Source: Chlamydiota bacterium (GTDB lineage: Bacteria; Chlamydiota; Chlamydiia; Chlamydiales; SM23-39). From it: a DNA stretch of 15,891 nucleotides. The stretch spans positions 1 through 15,891 of the forward strand of contig JBCAXK010000036.1 in assembly GCA_038534095.1 (NCBI GenBank). The letters are read 5' to 3'. Made by a program: the position numbers and the translations under genes. A model generated the notes under the pieces. The model was not told the DNA's origin, did not search any database, and worked only from the letters and a program-made list of their open reading frames with translations. This document shows positions 7,523-15,277 of this stretch, one piece after another. The stretch's first letter is position 1. Every line of letters begins with the position of its first letter.

Positions 7523-9205
7523 GTGGTGCATTATCAAAAGATCGGGTTTCCATCCTGCGATCTCATTCTCAAATCTTTGCAGGCTGCTTGTCCTCCTAAA
7601 GAGGTGGTAAAAGGGGGCCTCTCCACCGTCAGCTTGCAAGCTCTAGAGCAAGTGGCGGCCCATTTTGCGCTAACCATCCACCCTTTAGAGACCCTAGAAG
7701 AGAAGTTTTCCAAAGTGTACAATGCAGCTGTGGGCAGCCTTTCCTCGGGTCAAACATTGCAATGGCAACAGAGCCTACTATCTGGACTGATCAAAACAGC
7801 TCGCCTTTCCCCGAAGATTTTTCAGGGGAAACAACAATTTCTTTTGAAAATTCCTGATTTTAGCGATTTTTTCAAGATTCTCGAAAAGAAGCTTTTCAAT
7901 AAAGTTGAAGAAAAGAAGACGCAAAAAGCTGGAGACCTACAACCTTTGGAATTAGTAGAGAATCTTATAGAAAAATTTGAGGAGCTCTGTGACAGCGCTC
8001 GCGTGGAATGGAATGAAGAAAAAGCCTTTGATTCTTCTCAAGATAGACGCAATTACAAGGAAAACATCATTCCTTCTGAAGATATGCAGGCGGCCTTCCC
8101 GAATCCGACGCGCATCACGAAACATTTCATAGAAGAGTTTAAGGACTGTTTTTTTTCGGAGCTTGTTGAAGAAGAGCGTCCCCTTAAGAAGATTTTATTA
8201 GGAAAACCTGCTAATGCTTTAACCATCCAAAAACAGATGGATCAGGTTGCCATCGATAGCTATTTGCAAAGCCCAGAATATAAGCTCTTAGACCGCGGCC
8301 TATACGGGCCCATCTACCTAACGGGAAAGACACATTCCACCAAAAGAATTCTGAAAGTTTTCAGAGGGGAGATGCATCTCACTTGCATGCGGATTGCTGC
8401 AAGAAATTTCGCTAAGGTAGCTTGCAAAAGCTGCCCAAACGTATTTCCAAGTCTGTTCGAAGTGAGGATTGGCGTGAAGTCTTCTCTCTTAAAGATGAGT
8501 TATGAGGGGCCAGACTTGCTCAGACTCTACCAACATACAAAGACCCCTTTTAGCGCGGGGGATTTGCGTAAATTTTTTCACGACGTGTTTTCAGGGCTTG
8601 CCTGGTTGCATCAACAAGGCATCGTGCACACAGACATCAAGCCTAGCAATATTACGTTTCATATCCTTCAAAAGCGCTATGTATTGATTGATTTTGAATT
8701 GGCGCCCAATGTGGAACAAGCAAAACGGTGGAAAGGGCCATCTGGCACTCTAGAATACCAATCTCCAGAGCAAATTTTAAGATTAGGAATCACTACGGCA
8801 ACAGATCTTTTTTCGCTTGCTATGATAGTGATTTTTATGATGAAACGGGAGCTTCCCTATGCGCTAAATGAGAAGATGCGGGAAACTCTCTACAATAGCC
8901 CAGCGGTTAACGAACGTTTATTGGTTAGCCATTTGCGCTGCCTAGCAAAAACGCTTACCCAGGAGCAAGCGAAGAGTCTAGAGACGAGCGCTTGCAAAAA
9001 GTTGCCCATAGCTTTTCGTAATAAGCAGCCATTTTTATCGAAAGATTCTTGGGACAAATACGTTCCTTGCATTAGCGCAAAAAAGGTAGAGCAGGCTTGG
9101 GTCATCAGCATATTAAACAATCTTTTAAGCGTTAAGCCAGATCAGAGGATGACAGCAGAGGGGGCTCTAAGATGTTTGGTCCCAGAGTGTGGTGGTATGG
9201 ATTGA
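7523..9205 (+). CDS. Hanks-type Ser/Thr protein kinase-like protein with an unrecognised ~250-aa N-terminal region; candidate secreted effector
   Basis: Kinase domain from about 8279: LDRGLYGPIY (G-loop), RILK (VAIK lysine), IVHTDIKPSNI (catalytic loop), LIDFELA (DFG position), GTLEYQSPE, DLFSLA, PDQRMTAEGAL. Start is GTG 7523 or 7526, with AGGA at 7517-7520. Confidence 0.88.
   Translation: MVHYQKIGFPSCDLILKSLQAACPPKEVVKGGLSTVSLQALEQVAAHFALTIHPLETLEEKFSKVYNAAVGSLSSGQTLQWQQSLLSGLIKTARLSPKIFQGKQQFLLKIPDFSDFFKILEKKLFNKVEEKKTQKAGDLQPLELVENLIEKFEELCDSARVEWNEEKAFDSSQDRRNYKENIIPSEDMQAAFPNPTRITKHFIEEFKDCFFSELVEEERPLKKILLGKPANALTIQKQMDQVAIDSYLQSPEYKLLDRGLYGPIYLTGKTHSTKRILKVFRGEMHLTCMRIAARNFAKVACKSCPNVFPSLFEVRIGVKSSLLKMSYEGPDLLRLYQHTKTPFSAGDLRKFFHDVFSGLAWLHQQGIVHTDIKPSNITFHILQKRYVLIDFELAPNVEQAKRWKGPSGTLEYQSPEQILRLGITTATDLFSLAMIVIFMMKRELPYALNEKMRETLYNSPAVNERLLVSHLRCLAKTLTQEQAKSLETSACKKLPIAFRNKQPFLSKDSWDKYVPCISAKKVEQAWVISILNNLLSVKPDQRMTAEGALRCLVPECGGMD
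9173..9196 (+). repeat. Solo 24-bp copy of the IS481 left terminus
   Basis: TGTTTGGTCCCAGAGTGTGGTGGT is the exact reverse complement of 93-116 and starts exactly at the IS TGT terminus. Identity stops at 9197. Confidence 0.92.
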
Positions 9206-9262
9206 TCTTAAATTTTTCCTTCCAAAGGAATCTTCAAAGCAATAAGTGTTTAAATTTTCCTC

Positions 9263-9769
9263 TTAATAGGGGTATTTTTCTTTTCTACGAATCGATCTAG
9301 TAGCCCATCCATCGACAGAAAAGAGTCCTGGACCAAATAAAAGAACCGTTAGGGAAGTAAACAGATAAGCAAAAGGGGTTTCTTTCGCAAAAATCGCTGG
9401 GTCTTTGAATAGAGAAAGAGTGAAGGCGTCTGCGTGCGCGGTTGAGTAGGCAGTGAACATAATGATCGTCAGTACAAGAGCAGAAGGGCGACTGATCAGT
9501 CCAATCAGTAGGAAAAACCCGAGAATTATCTCAGCGTAGCTTACGAAATAGGCATGAAATTCAGGAGCCCAAATATTTAGACTCATCAGAAAATTTGTGA
9601 AACCAGGGATGTCTCCCGCCTTGTTCCAGCCGCTAAGTAAAAATTGATAGCCCCAAATCAACCGGATAATCAGCAAAAACAGGCTTTGAAAACACGTAAC
9701 AAACCAAACAAATTTTTGATAGATTTGTATTCCTATTGAAGATTTTTCTAACATAATAGATCCTTTCAT
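9263..9769 (-). CDS. DoxX family membrane protein
   Basis: 168 aa with about four hydrophobic segments. LLIIRLIWGYQFLLSGWNK, EIILGFFLLIGLISRPSA and GPGLFSVD are typical DoxX signatures. Confidence 0.9.
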   Translation of the reverse strand: MKGSIMLEKSSIGIQIYQKFVWFVTCFQSLFLLIIRLIWGYQFLLSGWNKAGDIPGFTNFLMSLNIWAPEFHAYFVSYAEIILGFFLLIGLISRPSALVLTIIMFTAYSTAHADAFTLSLFKDPAIFAKETPFAYLFTSLTVLLFGPGLFSVDGWATRSIRRKEKYPY

Positions 9770-9795
9770 TTCTATTTATCATTTACGCGTTTTTT

Positions 9796-9826
9796 TTGAC
9801 AAAAAGAATCGAAAGAGTGGTATCAT
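9796..9826 (+). promoter_or_regulatory. Putative sigma66/sigma70 promoter for rlmN-pgsA
   Basis: Perfect TTGACA (9796-9801) and an extended -10, TGgTATCAT (9818-9826). The 19-nt spacer is long. Confidence 0.55.
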
Positions 9827-9846
9827 TTTCGGAAAAGAAGGTATGT

Positions 9847-10899
9847 GTGTTAAGAGAATTTTGTGGTCTATCTTATGAAGAACTTGTAGATTGGTGCAGC
9901 AAGCAGGGTTCGCCAGCCTACGTTGCAAAGCAACTTTTTGATTGGGTGTATACAAAAAAAGTCACTTCGTTTTCCTCGATGAGCAATCTTAAAAAAACGT
10001 TTAGAGAAACATTGGAAAAAACATTTCGGTTGCCATCTCTTCAGCTCTCTCGAGTGCTGCAGACCGAAGAGGCGGTGAAGTGTTTATGGGAACTTCACGA
10101 TGGGCACAAGGTAGAATCGGTTCTGTTATTCTCTCCAGGAAGAAATACGGTATGTATCTCTTCTCAAGTTGGGTGCAACGCAAGGTGCGCCTTTTGCGCT
10201 TCAGGCAAACAGGGGTGGAAACGTCATTTGACAAGAGCAGAAATTATAGAGCAGGTCGTCTTAGCAGCCCAGATGCTCGAAAAAGAGGGGAAGAAATTGA
10301 CCCATATTGTGTTCATGGGCATGGGAGAGCCTCTCGAAAACTTTGAGCAGGTCCTTTTTGCCTTAAAACAGATCACGTCTCCTCAGGCGTTTGGATTTTC
10401 GATGCGAAGAATTACTTTGTCGACCGTAGGGATTGTCGAAAACATCCATGCGCTTGCAGATTCAGGGTTGAAGGCTACGCTTGTCCTATCTTTGCACGCC
10501 CCCAATCAAAAAATCCGAAAAAAAATCATCCCCTATGCTCGTAAATACCCCTTAGAAGATCTTTTAGAAGCGATGCAATATTACGCAGAAAAAACGAAAC
10601 GGGATGTGACCTATGAATACATTTTGATCGATGAAATCAACGCAGAAAAAGAGCACGCTAAGGAACTAGCAGAGCTCTTAGAAGGGCAGCAATGTACCGT
10701 GAACTTAATCCCCTATAATCCTATTCCTGGAGTGGCTTTACGCAGACCTGGTAGACAAAAAATTGAAACCTTTGAGAAAGAGCTCGCAAAACGGGGCGTC
10801 CGATCTACAAGAAGGTACACAAAAGGAACAGAAATTGCCGCTGCTTGTGGGCAGTTAGCCCTAAACGCGCCGAACTTAGAGGCGCAAAACCGAGTATAA
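9847..10899 (+). CDS. rlmN: 23S rRNA (A2503-C2)/tRNA methyltransferase RlmN (radical SAM)
   Basis: CISSQVGCNARCAFC (CxxxCxxC), VFMGMGEPL, SLHAP, VNLIPYN, AACGQL. The start is probably GTG 9847 (AAGAAGG at 9835-9841), because the track's TTG 9796 is the -35 box. Confidence 0.96.
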   Translation: MLREFCGLSYEELVDWCSKQGSPAYVAKQLFDWVYTKKVTSFSSMSNLKKTFRETLEKTFRLPSLQLSRVLQTEEAVKCLWELHDGHKVESVLLFSPGRNTVCISSQVGCNARCAFCASGKQGWKRHLTRAEIIEQVVLAAQMLEKEGKKLTHIVFMGMGEPLENFEQVLFALKQITSPQAFGFSMRRITLSTVGIVENIHALADSGLKATLVLSLHAPNQKIRKKIIPYARKYPLEDLLEAMQYYAEKTKRDVTYEYILIDEINAEKEHAKELAELLEGQQCTVNLIPYNPIPGVALRRPGRQKIETFEKELAKRGVRSTRRYTKGTEIAAACGQLALNAPNLEAQNRV

Positions 10900-10926
10900 T
10901 ACCGAGTACAAAACAAGGCCCCGCTG

Positions 10927-11520
10927 ATGAGTTTAGCCCACTACTTTACGTTTTTTCGAATCCTATTGATCCCCTTTTTTCCCCTGCTCTATTTTCAGTA
11001 CCCTGCGCTTGGAATTTCCAGCAAGGTACTTCCCTACGTGCTGATTGCTGTTTTGGGCGTCTGTGAATTCACCGATCTTTTTGATGGGTTCATTGCTAGG
11101 AGAAAAAACCAAGTTACTGACCTTGGGAAAATTCTCGATCCTATGGCAGATAGCATCATGCGGATTACCGTGTTCCTTACGTTTACAAAGGGGATCATCA
11201 ACCTTCCTCTTGTTCTTGTATTTGTGTTTATGTATCGGGAGTTTTTTATTAGCACGCTAAGAACTCTTTGCGCAATGAAAGGGATGGTTTTAGCCGCAAG
11301 AATTTCGGGCAAGATCAAAGCCTTTTTGCAAGGGGCAGCTGCGTTCATCATTCTTTTCTTGATGCTGCCTTATGAACATGGATGGCTGAGTTTATCTGTT
11401 TTGCAAGCTCTGAGTATGTACATTGTGAGCGTTGTTGCCGTTTACGCGGTGATTTCGGCTGCCGAGTATGTCTACGTAAATCGGGAGCTGATTCAGAAAG
11501 CGATTTCCCTTGAAACGTAG
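10927..11520 (+). CDS. pgsA: CDP-diacylglycerol--glycerol-3-phosphate 3-phosphatidyltransferase
   Basis: 197 aa, hydrophobic. CDP-alcohol phosphotransferase motif DLFDGFIARRKNQVTDLGKILDPMAD, plus REFFISTLR and GKIKA. Confidence 0.93.
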   Translation: MSLAHYFTFFRILLIPFFPLLYFQYPALGISSKVLPYVLIAVLGVCEFTDLFDGFIARRKNQVTDLGKILDPMADSIMRITVFLTFTKGIINLPLVLVFVFMYREFFISTLRTLCAMKGMVLAARISGKIKAFLQGAAAFIILFLMLPYEHGWLSLSVLQALSMYIVSVVAVYAVISAAEYVYVNRELIQKAISLET

Positions 11521-11536
11521 GGGAGACAATTCCCCT
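11519..11536. terminator. Short hairpin at the pgsA stop; possible terminator between convergent genes
   Basis: AGGGGA-gacaat-TCCCCT, a 6-bp stem with only a weak U-tract. Confidence 0.3.
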
Positions 11537-11707
11537 TGCGGCTTTTCTTAACGTTCTTTTGATGGGTTAGGTAAGGTGGTCAGCCCATTTTGGGGACCGT
11601 TTTTTCTGCATATTGTTGGCGCCAAAAATGCTTGGCAATAAGAGCGATGATAGAATAGATACTTGCTCAACCCCAAAATCTAAAGAGGCTTGCTAAAAAA
11701 GCTCTCC

Positions 11708-13189
11708 CTATTTTTCTAAGGGACGGTTTTTTGCGACGATTTGTTTGTAGATCGCTTCGTACTTTTTTGCAGGAGCATCCCAGCTGTATGAGGCGCTCAT
11801 TCCATTTTCAATGAGCGTTTTGCAGCGATCTTTTTTCCAAACATCTAGAGCGTAATTGATGGTCTCTTTTGCTATAGAAAACGAGGATTTTGTAAAATAG
11901 AATCCATTGACCTTCTTGGAGTCTTTTTCATACCTTGGGTCAAATATGGTGTCTTTGAGGCCTCCTATGTGATGGACAATAGGGACGCAAGCATACTTCA
12001 TCGCAATCATTTGAGTGAGCCCGCAAGGCTCAAATTTCGAAGGCATGAACAAAAAATCGGCAGCTGCGTAGAGCCACCTACTTAACTCATTGCTAAATAG
12101 GGGAATAAAACGGAGATGGGGATGATGTTCATAAGTTTTGGCAAGCTTTTCAAAATGGGCTTGTTTCTTTTTTAAAGGAGAGGTGCCTAAAAGGATCCCT
12201 TGAGCGAACTGTTTTGTTGCAAATATCAGCCCATTTTTCATCAGCTCTGGGTTTTTTTGATCGGCTAAACGGGAGATACACACAATGAGGGGGCGCCCCT
12301 CTTCTTGTAGTCCAAGCCGTTTTTGTAAAGCGCGCTTATTGTTCCGTTTTGCAAGAAGAATCTCGTCTAAAGAAGCGTTTTTAGGGAAGCGGTGAGGGAT
12401 AAGAAGATCTTTTTCTGGATCCCACAGCTCTTCATCGATTCCATTCAAAATGCCAGAAATGGAATCCCTCCGTTTTTCTAGGAGGTCGACAAACCCGCAA
12501 GCATATTTTTTGGTAAGAATCTCCTTGGCGTACCCAGGCGATACGGTCACAAGAGCGTCGCACAAACCAAGGCCTCCTCTCATGAGAGAATAGTAGGTGA
12601 AGAAAAATCCTTTGCTAGAAAAACACTCTGTATGCGTTAGGGGATAGTGGATCTCTTCTAAATCGCTCAGAGAAAATTTGCCAGTGTAGGCAAGATTGTG
12701 GATGCTCAGCGCGACCGACTTCACAAGGACTTTTAAAGACAAGTAGACCTCTTTTACAAGAGGAGCCATTAAAGCAGAGTGCCAGTCATGCAGGTGAAGA
12801 ACATCGATTTCCTGATTTTTTCGGATAAGGTACTCTGCAACAGTTTTGCAGAAGTAGATGAAGCGCTCGCTGTCCCTTTTTGTGCCTAGGTAAATTTTTT
12901 GTTCATAAAAATGATCGAGAAGAGGGCTTGTTTCAATAAGGTAGACTGGGATTTTTTCTATTTCGGTATGAAATACCCGCACATCGTAAGAAATTCGTTT
13001 TTTTTCACAAGGAAACTGCATGTCGAGACGTATTTCTTTTGCATCTAAAGAGAGCAAAGAATATTTTGGCAAAATCACAGAAACGTGGTTCCGTTTTTGT
13101 TGCGCTTTGGCAAGACCTGTGACGGCATCTGCCAATCCGCCCACTTTTGCGATGGGCGCCATCTCAGAAGCTACGTGTACTATATGCAT
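11708..13189 (-). CDS. glgA: Glycogen synthase (GT5)
   Basis: 493 aa. ASEMAPIAKVGGLAD (KxGGL), HLHDWHSA, GILNGID, SRLADQK, MPSKFEPCGLTQMIAMKY, GGLKDT. Confidence 0.97.
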   Translation of the reverse strand: MHIVHVASEMAPIAKVGGLADAVTGLAKAQQKRNHVSVILPKYSLLSLDAKEIRLDMQFPCEKKRISYDVRVFHTEIEKIPVYLIETSPLLDHFYEQKIYLGTKRDSERFIYFCKTVAEYLIRKNQEIDVLHLHDWHSALMAPLVKEVYLSLKVLVKSVALSIHNLAYTGKFSLSDLEEIHYPLTHTECFSSKGFFFTYYSLMRGGLGLCDALVTVSPGYAKEILTKKYACGFVDLLEKRRDSISGILNGIDEELWDPEKDLLIPHRFPKNASLDEILLAKRNNKRALQKRLGLQEEGRPLIVCISRLADQKNPELMKNGLIFATKQFAQGILLGTSPLKKKQAHFEKLAKTYEHHPHLRFIPLFSNELSRWLYAAADFLFMPSKFEPCGLTQMIAMKYACVPIVHHIGGLKDTIFDPRYEKDSKKVNGFYFTKSSFSIAKETINYALDVWKKDRCKTLIENGMSASYSWDAPAKKYEAIYKQIVAKNRPLEK

Positions 13190-13574
13190 GAATACCTACT
13201 TTTTCACTTTTGCGATAAAACGGGAGAGAAGTCAAGGGAATATTTTGATCCAAGTAGGGCGTTTTTTGGGGCGCTGTACGATTCTGAAGGGTTTCGATAG
13301 CCTTTTGAAAAATTGTTTGTAGGGTCTTTTGGTATGTACAATTTTGGTCTATTTGTTTTTTTGCCAGCGGCCCAAAATGCAAGAAATGCATCGCAGTTTT
13401 TGCGCTGCTTGCTTGGGAGAGTGTTGAGTTTTACCAATGTATGGACCTGCTGCTGACGTTTTTTCTCTTAAGCGAAAATGGCCTGCTCTTCTTAAGGGAA
13501 CGGAACAGATTTTTAGATAGCTTAAAAAAATATTTACCAAACCTCTTCTCTTAGGAAAAGGCTGACGCAGAATA

Positions 13575-13604
13575 TTGCCATTAATAGTACGATTTTTGTA
13601 TGAT
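13575..13604 (+). promoter_or_regulatory. Putative promoter for tRNA-Gln and the prs-rplY-pth-rpsF run
   Basis: TTGCCA (13575-13580), 18 nt, then TATGAT (13599-13604), in AT-rich sequence about 60 nt upstream of the tRNA. Confidence 0.55.
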
Positions 13605-13666
13605 TATTGTTTTATTTGAGGTATCTTAATCTACAGATCTTCCCATGTAGAAAAAGATTCTTTTAT

Positions 13667-13738
13667 TGGGGTGTCGCCAAGCGGTAAGGCAGCGGTTTTT
13701 GGTACCGCCATGCGGAGGTTCGAATCCTTCCACCCCAA
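13667..13738 (+). tRNA. tRNA-Gln (anticodon TTG), CCA not encoded
   Basis: Acceptor stem TGGGGTG/CACCCCA, D arm GCCAAGCGGTAAGGC, anticodon arm GCGGT-TTTTGGT-ACCGC (TTG at 13699-13701), T arm GGAGG-TTCGAAT-CCTTC. Confidence 0.97.
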
Positions 13739-13753
13739 TTTTATGGAAGATAA

Positions 13754-14683
13754 ATGATGGAAAGAAAAAACAGCTTTTTGCTGTTTTCAGGATCTTCAAA
13801 TAAAACGTTAGCCAAAGAGCTAGCCAGCAATTTACAGACTTCTTTAGGAAGGGTGCGCATTGGCAAATTTCCTGATTGTGAAACAGAAATCGAAATTTTA
13901 GAAACAGTACGTGGCAAAGACGTTTTTGTTTTACAAAGTATTGCAAGGAAGCCTAATGAATATTTGATGGAACTTTTCATCATGATCGATGCTCTGAAAA
14001 GAGCTTCTGCAAAGAGTATACAAGTGATTATTCCCTATTATGGGTATGCTCGCCAAGATCGAAGACATGTGAATAGAGTCCCCATCACAGCGCGACTTGT
14101 GGCCAATCTTCTGGAAACAGCCGGAGCCACGCGTCTGATGACAATGGATTTGCATACCGATCAAATCCAAGGATTTTTTACGATCCCTACAGATAATTTG
14201 TCAGCGCAAGAGGTGCTTTTGGCAGCTTTGCAAAAAGAAAGTCTCGTTGATGTTACGGTCGTTTCTCCCGATATAGGGAGCAATAAAATGGCTATGCGCT
14301 ACGCAAAGGCTTTAAACGGGGAAATTGCCCTCGTGCACAAAGTACGCATCAATGGAAAAAATGTTTCTGATGGCGGCCTTTTGGGCAATGTCTTTGGGAA
14401 AAATGTTGTGATCGTAGATGATATTTGCGCAACTTACGAAACCCTGCGCCTAGCTGCTTCTGTTTGCCAGAAGCATGGGGCAAAGAGGATTGTTGGCCTT
14501 GTAACGCACGCGGTGTTGCCGAGGGCAAAAAAAATTCCAGGAGTAGAAAGGCTATTTGTAACCAACTCTATCCCTGCCGAAAATGTAGAAAAAGATGTGG
14601 AAATGGTGTCGATAGCGCCGCTTTTGGCAAAAGCTATTTTACGCACTCTTTCAGGAGAATCGGTCTCTTCTTTATCTCCCTAA
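13754..14683 (+). CDS. prs: Ribose-phosphate pyrophosphokinase (PRPP synthetase)
   Basis: 309 aa. LFSGSSN, VRGKDVFVLQS, DALKRASA, PYYGYARQDRR, DLHTDQIQGFF, VVSPDIG. The PRPP loop is divergent (VDDICATYETL). Confidence 0.95.
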   Translation: MMERKNSFLLFSGSSNKTLAKELASNLQTSLGRVRIGKFPDCETEIEILETVRGKDVFVLQSIARKPNEYLMELFIMIDALKRASAKSIQVIIPYYGYARQDRRHVNRVPITARLVANLLETAGATRLMTMDLHTDQIQGFFTIPTDNLSAQEVLLAALQKESLVDVTVVSPDIGSNKMAMRYAKALNGEIALVHKVRINGKNVSDGGLLGNVFGKNVVIVDDICATYETLRLAASVCQKHGAKRIVGLVTHAVLPRAKKIPGVERLFVTNSIPAENVEKDVEMVSIAPLLAKAILRTLSGESVSSLSP

Positions 14684-14719
14684 GCAAGTGATGAAGAGAG
14701 AGCATTATTAAGAGGATGT

Positions 14720-15277
14720 ATGAAATTATCAGTTTTTAAACGGGAAAAAAAGGGGAAGGGCGCCCTAACGGACATTCGGGCACGTAACGGAATCCCTGCA
14801 GTCCTTTACGGAAAAAAAATCGAGAATCAGACGGTTTTTGTGAAAGGAGAAGAGTTTTCTGCCGTCATGAGGAAAATTCCTACAAATCACCTTTCGAACA
14901 CACGATTTTCTCTCGATTATGAGGGGAAAACCTATTACGCCCTTGTCAAAGGAATCGAGTATCACAAAATCACGTACAATCCCCTTCACCTCGATTTTAT
15001 GATCGTGGAACAGGATGACCTTGTCAATGTCAATATTCCTATTCTTTGCACAGGAACCGTCGACTGCGTCGGTTTAAAATTAGGAGGCGTTCTTCGTCAG
15101 GTGATCCGCTCTTACAAAGTACGCTGTTTGGTAAAAGATATTCCAACATCTTGCGTTGTGGACGTGCAGGCGATGAATGTGGGTGATGCTAAACGCCTTT
15201 CCGATATTGCTCTTCCAAAAGATGTGCATCCTTTATTGAACGTGAGTGAAGTGGCCATTTCGATTGCAAAACGTTGA
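14720..15277 (+). CDS. rplY: 50S ribosomal protein L25 / general stress protein Ctc
   Basis: 185 aa long form. IPAVLYG, LHLDF, GLKLGGVL, DIP. RBS AGAGGA upstream. Canonical prs-rplY-pth order. Confidence 0.96.
   Translation: MKLSVFKREKKGKGALTDIRARNGIPAVLYGKKIENQTVFVKGEEFSAVMRKIPTNHLSNTRFSLDYEGKTYYALVKGIEYHKITYNPLHLDFMIVEQDDLVNVNIPILCTGTVDCVGLKLGGVLRQVIRSYKVRCLVKDIPTSCVVDVQAMNVGDAKRLSDIALPKDVHPLLNVSEVAISIAKR

Noticed and set aside
9208..9261. Hairpin TTCCTT/AAGGAA and imperfect direct repeat TTAAATTTT(T)CCT between the kinase and DoxX genes
   Set aside because: The stem is weak and AT-rich with a 3-nt loop, and the repeat is low complexity. Neither supports a terminator or target-site duplication call.
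13628..13652. TCTAC...GTAGA hairpin resembling a Cas12a direct repeat
   Set aside because: It is a single copy with too long a loop, and there are no spacers or cas genes. It is more simply a tRNA leader hairpin.
13020..13983. Cluster of 63-106 aa ORFs around the glgA-tRNA gap
   Set aside because: They overlap glgA, the tRNA, prs or each other, and show no motifs or convincing RBS.
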